Assembly: GCF_001194135.2 (NCBI RefSeq)
Contig: NC_068990.1
Coordinates: 88,249,971 to 88,313,970, forward strand
Source: Octopus bimaculoides
Taxonomy: Eukaryota
Direction of reading: 5' to 3'
DNA length: 64,000 bases
The position numbers and the translations under genes were made by a program. Shown here piece by piece: positions 13,728 through 27,800 of this stretch. The notes beneath the pieces are model-generated. The model was not told where the DNA came from. It searched no databases and saw only the letters and a list, made by a program, of their open reading frames with translations. The stretch's first letter is position 1; every line of letters begins with the position of its first letter.

Positions 13728-16700
13728 GGTGTGTTAGGTAAATTATCGCCATTTTATATTTTTAATTTTGCACATTGTTTGCTTTTGATTTTGCTGACTA
13801 CACAGTAAAGTAGGGTCAGTTGAGCACTGTCTGTGAGAAAAGTACCACCATGATGCAATTCACTCTGCCAGAAGTTTGGAAATGACATACTGTGCTGCTT
13901 GGCATTTGCACCTGAAGCTCCAATATGAACATTTTAGAGTGTTTGGGTGTCAATCAGTGCAGAAGATTTAGAAAGAGTTGCATGAGTTTAATGGATTATG
14001 AAGGTACAGCAGCTCGGAAAACTCGCTCTGATCATTCTAATGAAAAAAGAACTCCTGAATTTGTTGGTGAGATCCAGACCATGATTGACAACGCTCCCTC
14101 CCAGTCAATCAGGTCCATCATCAGGAACATGGGAGTGTCTGAGTTTCTTATCAGGCAGGTGGTGCATGAAGACATTCGGTATTCCTCATACAAGAGGCCA
14201 TAGCAATACTTGATATGTTGGTTGACTACCTGTTTAAGAGAGTATTGACCCCACAAAATTGCACCACTAGAAGAAATATGTACAATTGTATTGTCTGCGA
14301 CCTATATGTTGAGACAAGGTTTCATATAAGTCTGAATATGTTCTGCAATTCACATGAATTCTGATTAGGGTGTCATTTGGTGAAACAATTATTTGTTGAT
14401 AACATATTGTCCATTTACAAAACCACATGCACTACATACTTTGAAATATTTGTGTGTGTGTGTGTGTGTGTGTTTAGGTGGGTGGGTGAGTATATATACT
14501 CATATATATTTCTTGTTTTCTTTTTCTTTTTGCAGCCGGTGAGCCTTTGAAACTTAAAAAAGTTAGCATACCGGTCGATGATGTTTTAAAACAGTTTAAG
14601 AATAAAACCTTGAAGGAGTGTAATGAAACTTGTTATCAATACTCAGAATGCAATTCTTATGATTACAATGAGGAAGCTAAGATATGTGAACTTAGTAATA
14701 TGACTCAACTGACTCATGAGTTTAAACCTGTCAGTAGAAGCTGGGATGCATACATCGTTGACCCCGGTCAGTACAATATTTCCATTTTATTTGTGTGGGC
14801 ATATGTCTGTGTGTATTTAAATATATGTATATGTGGACAGATAAGATATATATATACAAGTATACATATATATTCCTCCTCCTCACCCTCCTCCTCTTCT
14901 TCTTCCTCCTCCTCCTCCTCCTCATCATCATCAGTGTCATCGTTTAATGTTTGTTTTTCCATGCTGGCATGGGTTGAACAGCCTGACAGAAGCTGGCCAC
15001 AACTGGTTCTGCAATCTATTTTGGCTTAGTTTTTACAGTTGGATGCCTTTTGTAATGCCAACCATACTTTTTATGTAGCACCAGCTCCAGTGATTTTCAT
15101 GTGGCACCAGCACCAACGCTTTTTATGTGGAACCATCACAAGTGTTTTTTATAGGGTACTAGCCCCAGTGCTTTTTACATGGCACCAGCACCAGTGCTTT
15201 TTACATTGTACTGTGATTTTAGGATATAAGTTCTGGTGTGGGGAATAGGTATTTTTGAGTAGAGCTGTATGCCATATTTCTCTGACCTTTGTCATCTCCA
15301 TTTGTAAGGCTCAGTGTTTTTAAACTGGCCTTCAATACATTGTCCCATGTCTTCCTGAGTCTCTCACTTCCACAATTTTCACCTACTGTAAGTGATCAGT
15401 AATTCTTAATGCAATTGTTCTCATCCATATGCATCAAATGACCAAACCAGTGCAGTCTTCTCTGTTGCACAATGCATCTAATTCCTTTTATGCCTAATTT
15501 TTCTCTAATACACTAGTGCTCAGTCACACATGTACACTGAAATTGCACATCCAACAAAGTATACCAGCTTCATTCTTCTATATCTTCACATATTCTCTGC
15601 ATTCAAGGCCTACACCTCACAACCATATATCATTGCAGTTCGTATACATGCATCATACAATTTTCCTTTCACTCAAGTAGAGAGACCTTTGGTTGTCAAC
15701 AGAAGTTAAAATCTCCTTGAACTTTCACTATCCTATTCTTATTCTAGCAATTACATTTTGGTACATCCTCCTCCACTGCTAATTAAGTCACCTCAGTAGC
15801 AAAAAGCGTCTATTACTTTCAGGGAGCCTCCAGGACAGTTTCCTTTGTCCTGTACATCTTCTATATAGAAATACTACTTTTTCTGTTAATCTTTCTTCTA
15901 TACCACTGCATCTCTTGTGTATCCATAGCTTGCACTGGGTACACCGAGTAAAATTTCTGCCTACACTCTTCCTACATATTCAGCAAAGCCATTTACCTGA
16001 AGGAGGTAGGTTTCTGTCTGATTTCTTGCTTACTTGGACCTTGGTCTTTGCTAAGTGAACTTTAGGAACCTTTGATTCTATGTTTTCTTTCTTAAACAAG
16101 AATATTACTGACAGTAACTTTGATGTTTCAACCAGTTAACCTTTTGTTCCTCAAGACTCTCTTTTTCATTCCTAAATTCAGCTGCTCACTTTGCACTGCT
16201 GCTAAACCCTTTTATTGCAGGTACTTGATAATAGAATGATGCCAAATTTTGTCCATTTTCAAGCGAATTCACTATTAGTTACTTTTGAAATCTTCTTTAA
16301 ATATCCAGATGTCAGTTTACCTTGAAAGAAGCAATGCAGTTATTAATAAGTACAGTTGAAATTAATGCATGCAAGATTTCGCAGCTTTGGCATCACTCCT
16401 TCATAATCAGCCTATGAACATTTCAGCCCACCCTCATATATGAAACTCTAAACACAACAGTAGCAGTCATCCATCTAACTGTACTCACAAAATATACTAT
16501 ACTATGCATGCCTACATACATACATACATACATACATACATACATTGCATACATACATACATATATACATACATGCATGCATACATACATACATATATAC
16601 ATACATACATACATGCATACATATGTATGTACACACACACGCACACACACATGCATACATGTTTATATTTATATTTATATCTTTGTGCAAATGTCTTCAG

Positions 16701-19700
16701 TTTGTTTCAGTCAGTACCTTCTATTCTAAATTCATCATTATCCCCTCATTTTCATCCTCTTCCTAGCATATATTCACCACTGATATCAATTTCTCTGTTC
16801 ACTTCCAGTATTCACAATAATTGACTGTGGACCTCCAAAAGACATTATTGGTGCATCAAAGTCTTACAATACCACCACCTATAAATCTGAAGTTACTTAT
16901 ACTTGTCCAGGAAAACATAAGTTTAAGTCAATATGTAAAGAGGACAATAAATGGACTTCTGAAGTGTCCCATTGCAAAGGTAATGTAAATAGGTTCTCTC
17001 TTGTTCTATCTATCCAATTTTCTTTCTGCTTTTGTTAAGAGTCTTTGTTAGAGAAATAATGGTTGTGTCCTTGATAATTTCTTTGTTTATTACTGGTAGA
17101 AGGGAGAGATGAGGCTATCCTTTGTCCATAGACCTCCCAAATTCTTGCAACAGAGTGAACTTCATTAAAGCTATCCAATGGCCAAGCAATGGTATTAATT
17201 CAGGTAATGGATTAAGTCTGCCACCCAAGAACTGGAAGTGTGGAAGCTTGTTTTCTCGAGCAGAATTCCACTAAATTTCATCCAGAAGGCTTAGCTATGA
17301 AGCAAACTTTTAGTCATACCATCAAAAGTTCACACAATACTACATTCTTCTTAAGTAAACTTATTACCTCCACATGTATATCTTAGCTCATCTTGATAAT
17401 TTTCTTCTCAATTTCTAACTTGATCTTTCTCATGCATACTTTGTGTCAGTAAATGTTTAGATACACACCATAAGTAGTGTAGCTTAGTGAATAAAATCAT
17501 GGAATCAGCTGTGTTGTCTTATTTCTCAGTCTTTGGGAGCTCATATTTTACCATGTCTTATTGCAAACCACATTTATAAATAAAGCGTCCACCATGTAAA
17601 GTAAACACCGCCAAATTGTATTCATAAATTTAGATTACATTTTTTTCACTGTACTGTATTAAAAAATAAAAATTAATTGTTTGTAAGCTTAAAATAGGTT
17701 TTTATTAACCATACATTATTGAAAATACATTAACAAATAAAGTAGAGAACTGGAAATGGTTATTATCGGTTTAGCCTAGAGACAAGTAAATTTGGCGAGC
17801 CTAGCCTAGAGACAAGTTAATTTAACTTAGGTTGTGTCTCCTGGAACCAATTAATGACACAGAGTGAGGTATGCCTGAATTATTGTTGTTGTTGATTTCA
17901 TTGGTCTAAATTTTATTTTAATTCCAGCTTCTCAAATCCATTTTGTGAAAATTGAAAATGCAGCTTTGAATGTCGTTGGAAAAACATTGTTGGACAAGGA
18001 AAATGTAACAACAGAAGCTTGTGCGCAAAAATGTTTGTCTGACAGACATTGTTTATCATTTGAAACAACTAAAAAAAGTGGAAAATGTTATTTATCAAAA
18101 GAATCTGCAGATTTCTCCAGGAAAATAAGTAAAGCCAAAAGCAGAATTTATTACCAACGAATAAAATGTAATTATTTTTTGTATTTTATTATTGGATTCT
18201 CATTACCTTTTTTTCTGAAATTTATATTTCCATTTGTATTTCATAGTATATAGATATCAACAAATTTACCTATAAGGACAGACACAGACATACTTTAGAA
18301 ATAAGGCATGTTAAGAATTGTAAATACTGTTAGAGGATTCTCATACACCTTGAACACTATTATGCATGCTTTCAATCATGTTTTGTCTATATAAGAAAGA
18401 AATCCTTTTTTCTTAAATCCAAGCAGTAGTGGTGGTGGTGGTGATGATATCAATCCCAAAAAGGCGAAAGGCAAAGTTGACACCAGCAGTGTCTCAGTTT
18501 AGAATGTAATGAGTTTGAAGAACTACCACTATGTGGCATAGCTTATGCACATCATCTTGCCATCGTGTCCTTCATAATCTGATATGCAAAATAAGAGAAA
18601 AAGTAATGCCAATCTCTGTAGTTGTGTATCTCCTTGAATGTTTCCATGAACATAGCAAGGGAATTTTTATCCATTTGTGAGGCACACATAAGTACCTCAA
18701 AATTAAGAATATTCATAGTGTTATGGTTTGTTAGTCATGTTTAGATGACATAATTCTAGTATTATGTTGCAATAAGAAAAGCATACAATTATTTGTAACT
18801 ATTAAAATCAATCCACCTTTCTATTGAGAGAATTCTGCCTCTCTAAGGCAGTGGTTTATAAAGCAGTTCTGACTGAACCTGATATTTTCTGAATGAATTA
18901 TATTGAACTTATAGCCAATGGGCTTCAAAGAAAGATTCACTCAGCATTTATACTCCTTCAAGTTCATCTTACAAGGTAAAATTCACATATCTGTCCTGTT
19001 TTATCTGGAGATTTCTGGAACACAACAATGATCTATCAAGCATAACCTTGGACTTACCTGACTAATTCATAGCCTATTTATCAGAGTGTATTTTTTTTTT
19101 GAATAAGCTATAAAAAAAAAAAACTACATACAAGTAGTTTGTGTGTGTATATCGTAAAATATAATAGCCAACTAAATGTGGCAGTCCCATAGAGGATGAT
19201 GCTACTGTTGTTTTTAGCCCCGAGAGGACATCTCCTTCAGCTGGCTAACAACAGACTATCTCTGTCCGATAAGTATTTGTGAGGGGAAATCATCGTTCCC
19301 ATCTCTAGCCTTACGTGATACACACAGATCTGGGTTTCTGAGTAGTAACCCATCATCAGCGTGTGATAATCATGAGCTAGTAATGAAAACTCATTCCACA
19401 CACAAAATACTATATGCTTTTACCAGTGACATACTGTTGCTGATCTCGAAAAAGGAGAAATAAGCAATATTAAATGTATGAAGTGAAAAGTAAACAGTAG
19501 TAGTACGGAATCATAAAATATATTTTACAATCCATCCATAAAAATATTTTCAGCATAAGACATGCTTCTCAGAATAAACTCTAGTACATCTAGTACATAC
19601 TTGCAACTTCCCCTCATTGTTTAGGTTAAGATAATCCCTTTGTATAACCCTCTTCTGATGGTGTGCTTTTGTTTGAGATTAAATGGCAGTAACAAACTTG

Positions 19701-22700
19701 ACTTCTTGGTTGATCATCTGTTGAATAGCACTTAGACCCTACAAAAGCATACTGTTAGAAGAGAGCTGTACAAATAGATTATATGTAACTTAAGTTTTGA
19801 AACAATGCTTCAAATATGTCTTGAGATGTGTTATGACTCACTTAAATTCTAAGTTGCCATTTTGTAAATCAATTATTTGTTTATAACAACTTGTCCATTT
19901 GAAACAAATTATGCACCAGATGCTATATAATATATCATTTGTATACATTGGAGTACAAAATGTATCTCTTGTTTTCTTTCTTTTCTTTCTAGCTGATGAT
20001 GATCTTTTAAAATTTAAAAGTACTTCCATACCAGGGTATGATACATTTGAAAGGGTGAAAAATGTGACCTTAAAGGAGTGTGATCATGTTTGTCATCAAA
20101 CTCTAGGATGTAACTCTTATGAATATAATGAAAAGCGTAAGCTCTGCGATCGAAGTAATGCAACTCACTTGACTCAGGACCTTGAACTTAACATGTGGGG
20201 TTGGGATACTTACATCATTAACCCAGGTCAGTAGATATTTTTTCTTTTATTTTTTGCTACTGCCCTTGCACTTCTTTCTTCCTTCTGGTAGCATGAAATA
20301 GCTCAGATTGCAATTTTTCCCCACTCATTATCAAAGCTGTAACAGAAAGAACACACAATTGACATTTATATGTTATATATGAAAATAAAGAATAAGCAAT
20401 TCTGCAATGGTTACACAAAAGGTTGTATCAAATTAATGATATAACATAGAGATATAAGTTGCTAAAAATCATCAGTGAAGATCTCAAAACTTTTGAATCA
20501 TCCTGATATGTATACATGTATATAGATAGATTAGATTAGACTCACCTGAACTCAACCCGATTTGACTGGAACAAGAAACTGAAAATTTAACTGTAGCCAA
20601 GTATCAGTGTACAGAGACATGAGAAATGAAGCAGTAAATATATAACTTCATTCCCAAGAAGACATGGACGCCTTCTGGTGTGAAAACTTTCGAATGAAGA
20701 GGAGTTTAAATGAGAGGCTCTATGGCTGGGGAAAATTCAAAGGGCTTATTGTCCTGTTACACCCAAGACATACAGCAGCGATGATGATACACTTGTGACT
20801 ATAATTCAATACCTCAAAGGATTTGGTTGTTGGATACCAGTACAAAAAGGAAACCTTCCACTGACCATTCCTTATCAACCTGTACCATCAAGATCTCAAT
20901 GGGAATAGTAACATACCACACTGGTTAGCTCTGACAAAGACAAAACTGATCTGCCAAAGCAGAACCACCCGCATGACAAAAGACTACCTGTCAAATGCAT
21001 GCCAGAACTTAATATGTAAAATATATATAGCATGTTTAAACCTCTTCCACCAAGACCATTGTGAAAGTACTAACATCCTCACAGTAGAACAAGTATCTGG
21101 TGAGATGGGAGTTCGGTGATGGGCTGAGCGATTGCTGATAAACAAAACAGTTATGCCAGAGGTGCAACAATATATAAGAAACCTGGTTTCAGTGTGGCTG
21201 GACTACAAGTAAGCCTTTGACTTTGTCCTCCACTCGTGGATGCTAGAAACCCTTCAGCTTGCTGAAATTTCATAAAACATAGTCAAAGCCATAACTGACT
21301 TGATTTCATCCTGGGCCACCATATTTGAGTTAAATACATCGTACGAGTTGGCAGTGAACTCCTCAACAAACACTCTCTTCCTGATCATCATTGATGTCAA
21401 CTTGTTTTTATCAATTTCAGATTATGCAAAAATTGAATGTGGATTGCCAAAAGACATTGCTGGTACATCAAAGTCCTTCAAAACCACCACTTATAAATCT
21501 GAAGTCATCTATACTTGCCGAAAGGGAGAACAACTAAAATCGATATGTGGAAAGAATCGCAAATGGACTCCAGTAGCAGAAACCTGTAAAGGTAATGTAA
21601 CTAGCTTCTCTTTTGTCTCTAAGTAATTTTGTTTTATTTTTGTGTTAATTGTCTTTGTCAGAGGAAGATTGGCTGATGCATGACAATTTTCCACAGTGAT
21701 TGTTGTTGGAGAGAGGGAGAAAGGAAGTTTTCTTTAGTTTAGAGACCTCCCAAACGCTTGCAACAGAGTGGATTTTGTGAATTCTATCTGTGGGCCAGGT
21801 AATGCTATTGACTTAGGTGACACATTAAGTCTGCTGAAAAAGAGCTTGAAGTCTAGAAGCTTGTCTTGTGAAGACAGTTTTACAAAATGGCTGGAAATTG
21901 TTAAGTGCAAGATACCAACCTCTGCAATGGTAATAAATTTTTTGCATGAATTTTTCACAAGATTTGGTATCCCAGATGTGATTGTATATGATAATGGAGC
22001 ACAATTTGTGTCCAGTGAATTTAGGAAAATTCTGTGAAATGTTCACAGTACAATATAAAATGATAGTGCCTTACCATCCCACATCAAATGGACAGGCAGA
22101 TCATTTTATGGACATTTTTAAAAGAGCTTTGAGAAAAGCAAACAAGGAAGCTACAGATGAAGTTGCTCTGTAGCAATTCCTAAGGGTATGCAGGGTGACA
22201 CCGAATCCCAATACATGAACAAGAAGCTCACCAACTGAACTGATGTTTGTGAGAGAGGTGAAATCAATTTTTGATAAAGTGTTACCTGGCAAGGAAAAGA
22301 AAGTACCAGAAAAGACCATCTAAAATTTTTCAAAATTGGTGATAAGGTGTACATGAGGTCTTACAAAAACAGAAAACACTACTGGGAAGAAGGAAAAGTT
22401 ACAAAGCACACTAGCCATAGTTTGTTACATCCTTTTACATTCTGAATTCAAGTTCCACCTGGTTGTACTTCACCTCTCATACTTCCAAGATTGATAAAAC
22501 TAGCACTATTCAAGTAATGTTGGATTTATTTTCATGTGCACTCACTGCAGAATGTGTGACCTTGTATTTATCATAGAAATCATTATCATAAATATGGTTA
22601 CCGTCAACAATAATTTAATGATTATTCTCATTAAGGGTGCTATATTGACAATCATTTGAGCATCAGACAAAATGTGGTGTGGCATTTTTTGGCTATGTAA

Positions 22701-24344
22701 CTTCTGAGTTCAAATCTTGGTCATGTTAACTTTGCCCTTCTTTGACCAATAAATTATGATAGCAGCCAAATGTAGAGGCCAAATTAATTGATTAATTCCT
22801 ACTTCAAAGTTTTGATCTAGTTTCTATGTTGGGAACTAATTGTATTGTCATTATTTTTCATTGACTTAAATTTTACTTTAACTTTAGATACTCAGATCCA
22901 TTTTATGAAAGTAAAAGATGCAGCTTTGGATGTATCCGGGAAAACATTATGGAATAAGAAACCTGTAACAGCAGATGCCTGTGCAGGAAAATGTTTATCT
23001 GACAAAGATTGTTTATCATTTGAACTAAATAGAAAAAGTGGAGAATGTTACTTATCAAAGCAAACTGCAGCTTTCTCCAAGAAAATAAAATCAGACAAAA
23101 GCAGAGATTACTACCAACGAATAAAACGTAATTATTCTTTGTATTTTATTATTGAAATTCTCTTTTCCTGAAATTTGTAATCAACAGGTATACCTGTAAT
23201 AATAGACATGTAATAATAGTATTAAGAACCTGAAATACTTTGAATGTATTCTTATACAGCATTTCTTTAACTTGAATATTTTTATGCATGCTTTCACTTG
23301 TTTTCTTTTTATATAAGAAAAGAAGGCCTTGTTACTTTTACAAAACTTGAATAGTTGTAGTAACAGCAGCAGTAGTTATGACTGCTTTCACTTCATTTAT
23401 TTATGTTTTGCATGCCTTAAATGGTGTGTTATGGCACAGATTGTCACCACTGGTTACTGTCCTTCATGATCTGATATACCAAATAATACAAAATGTAATG
23501 TCAATCTACATAATTGTAATTTCCTATATTTTGGTATGGTTATTATGGCAGGAGGCCCTTTATATCACCAATCATTACATGACATGAAGAAAGCACATTT
23601 TCCCATGCTACTAGAATAAGAGAAGTTATCTACTGAGGCTAAAGAATCCTCTCTACTTAAAATAAGTTTCTATTCAGAGGAGTTTCATGGAGTTACAAGC
23701 AAAACAACCACAAACTTTACTCTGATTTCAAAGATTTTGTCCTTTCCTGCTGAAGTTCTTCCTTCTTGAAACCCCGGCAGCAAATTCTGGCTGTCAAGGT
23801 GTTCATAAATGCTTTCTGAAAGCATTCCTGTTAACAACTTCCATACTAATGGTATGCAAGTGATTGGTCTATAATAGCAAACTATATTACCCTTGCTTTT
23901 GTCTTTCATAAGGAGTACTGTTCTCCTTCTAGTTATCCCATCTAGTATTATTCCTCCTTAAGACAATGCTGAAGTTGCTCCCTTAGCCTCCCATGTAAAT
24001 AACTAAATTTCTTTAACTAATACCCTTGAACTGAATCTGGTCCTGGGCCCCTCTAATTTAGCACTTTACTCATTAATGTACTAGTCATTCTTAGTGTTGA
24101 CTGATTCTCACTGACTATTTCTTCCCTTACTCACTTTAACCATACTGCATCTCCATTATGATTGACTGGCTTATCCCAAATATTACTCTAGAATTTTCTA
24201 TCTTCTACATTAGGTTTCTCATCTTCAACACTCCTCCACTATTTATTTGGTTATAAAATCTTCTCTGATCTGTCTCAAATAATCTATCCTGTTGATACTG
24301 ATCTACTCTTTTCTGATATCTGGAAAGCTTAGCTGCCGTTAATA

Positions 24345-24425
<81 letters not shown>

Positions 24426-24553
24426 TATTATTATTATTATTTTATGTTTGACTTTTGTTTTGCATTTGTACAAGTTGGATCCAAGTCTCACCCAGAGACC
24501 TCAAGAGACAACAAGTTAGAAGTTCATGTAGGTGTTATGCCTAGGGTACCATA

Positions 24554-24631
<78 letters not shown>

Positions 24632-24841
24632 GGCGGCGAGCTGGCAGAATCATTAGCATACCGGGTGAAATGCTCGGTGGTATTTCATCTGCTGCTATAT
24701 TCTGAGTTCAAATTCCATCAAGGTCAACTTTGCCATTCATCCTTTCGGGGTCGATAAATTAAGTACCTGTTGAGTACTGGGGTTGATGTAATCAACTTAC
24801 TCCTCCCCCAAATTTCAGGCTTCGTGCCTATAGTAGAAAGG

Positions 24842-24885
<44 letters not shown>

Positions 24886-27800
24886 GGAAGCAAGCTGCCA
24901 GAACTGTTAGCATGCCAAGCAAATATGCTTTGCAGCATTTCATCTGTTTTTGTGCTCTGAGTTCAGATTCTACCAAGGTTGGAATTCTCCTATATCATGA
25001 AACATACATGAAAGCTCACCTGAATGTTTTAGTTGTAGATAATCCATTTGTACATCCTGCTTCTGATGATGCACTTTTGTTTAAGACTGAATGGCCAGAA
25101 CAACACTTGATGCTTTGGTTGACCAACTGTTTTAAGTAATATCAACTTTACTAAAGCACATCATTAGAGAACTGTAGAAATGTAAAGTTGAGACAAGGTT
25201 TCAAATAAGTCTGAAGACGTTCTACAATTCATATGTATTCTGATTAGGGTATCATATTGTGGAACAATTATTTGCTTATAATAAATTGTCAATTTACAAA
25301 ATTATACATCAGATGCTTAACAACATCTAATATATGCTAGAAAATATGTGTGTGATGTGTTTGTATGTCTGTGTGCGTGTATGCACATGTGTATGAATAT
25401 GTGTGTGTACATGTGTGTTTGGCTGGGTGGACGAGTATAAAATATATTTTTTTTTGTTCCCTTTTTCTTTTTCCAGCCAGTAACAAGACTGTTTCATTGA
25501 AAAGAGTAGTCATAGATGGGCAGAATAATATTGGACGACTTAAGAAGGTGGAGTTAAAGGATTGTGAACAAGCTTGCCATTTATATCAAGGATGTAGATC
25601 TTATGAGTACGATGATAAAGCTAAGATGTGTGATTTGAGTAATGTAACTCATTTGGCTAGTGAACTTAAGCCCACCTATAAAAATTGGGATATTTACTTA
25701 ATTAACCCAGGTCAGTAAAATATTTGTTTTATTTATTGTGTGTATATCTGGGTGTATTTACACATACATATGTGTGAGTGTGCGCATATATATATATTTG
25801 CTAGTATGCTCTGCTCTACGTGCAATGTCAGTGTACATGTACAACAGAGTATAAGTGTCTTGAAAAAAATTAGGCATCGGATGTGGTATTCAAGAGAAAC
25901 AAAACAGATGCACTGGTATGGTCATGTGATGTGTATGGGTGAGGATAGCTGTGTAAAGAAGTGCTGATCTCTAATTGTGGAGAGAATCTGTGGAAGAGGT
26001 AGACCCAGGAAGACATGAGACAAGGTGGTGAAGCATGATTTTTGAATGTGGGGTCTCATGGAGCTGATGTCAAGTGAACATGACCTTTAGTATTTGCTGT
26101 CCTTGAGAAGACTCATCAAGCCAAGTGAAATTGCAGTTGTGGCCACAGTGGCACATAACAGCATCTGTGCTGGTGACATGTAAAAGCACCCATGCTGGTG
26201 ACATGTAGAAGCACCAATTCCAGTGACACGTAAAAGCACCCATGCCGGTGACATGTAAAAGGCAGCCACTACACTGTCAGAGTGGTTGGCATTAGGAAGG
26301 GCATCACCAACCACTTTACACTATATGCTGGACACTTAATGTACCAGGATGAGCACTCTCATGTGGTGCTGGAACAAGTCCTTATGTGTCACTGGCACAG
26401 AACTCTAGCAGGCTAATTGTCTTCATGATGGGAGAAGCCTTAACACTTCTGCTGTGGAAGATAGGTTTTCTTGAGTACAGTAAAGCACCAAGTATCCTGG
26501 TCCTTTGTCATCTTGTCTGAAAGGTTCCTGTGTCCTTAGCTCATCCTTCAATACTTCATCCTGTGTCTTCTGAGGTTTTACTCTCCTACAAGTTCTAACT
26601 ACTTTGAGAGAGGGGTACTTCTTTATGGAGCTGTCAGCATCCATCCACACACATGACAGAAACCTTTGGTTGCCAGGTAGCAGTAAAATCTCTCAAAATT
26701 TTCTCCATCCCCTCTTATTGTATGTATGTCATTATGCAGTTTTATTTCAAGATTTCTTGCTAATAGAGTAAGAGCTGGTTTCAAACCAAGATTCAAGGCT
26801 CCTCCATTGGAATTTCAACAACATCAACAGGGTATTTTTGTATATGTATGTGCATATTTTATTGTATGTAAATATGCAGATTTGTATGTTTTGTTTTATG
26901 TATGTATGTATGTATACACACATACGTGTATGCATAGATGCATGTGTGTGCATATTTCTTCCATTTGTTTCAGTCAATATATTTATTTCAAACTTGTCAT
27001 TATCTTCTCATTTTCACTCTCCTCCTAACATATATTCACCGTTGATCTCAAATTCTCTTATCACTTCCAGTCTTCTCAATAATTGATTGTGGACCTCCAA
27101 AAGACATTGCTGGTGCATCAAAGTCTTACAATTCCACCGCTTATAACTCTGAAGTGATCTATACTTGTCCAAGAGGAGAAAAATTAAAATCAGTATGTAA
27201 AGAAGACCATAAATGGATGCCATTTTTATCTGAATGCAAAGGTAATATGAATAGGTTCTCTCTTGTTGCCTTTGTATATGTAATTTCGTTTTTATTTTTA
27301 TGGTAAGTGTTTTGTCAGAGAAAGAATTACTCTTTCCATGACAATTCGTGTTATGTTTATGACTAGTAGAAGAGAGAGAGGAGGCTATCCTCATACCTGA
27401 GTCATTCACAAATACTTGCAAATGCGTAGAGTTCATTAAAACTACTTAAGGGACAGGTAATAGTATTAATCTGGGTGATGGGATGGATATCATTCTTTGA
27501 CCAGTCATAACAATCAGCCAGTGACCAAATCCACTCAGAAGGCTCTTGTTGGTCCAGGGCTACAGTAGGAGACTTGCTCAAGGTCTCATACATTGGAACT
27601 GAACCCAGAACCATGCATTTGAGAAGCAAACTTGTTACCATGCAGCCATGCAAGCAAACTTGTTAGCATTTGGGAAGCAAACCTGTTACCATTCACTCAA
27701 TCCATATTTGTTGAAAAAGAACAGCTCTGAAAAAATACTCAATCACTTCGTGCATGGAAAATAAATGGGAAAGTGGCTACTTATTGAACAAAGATATTAT

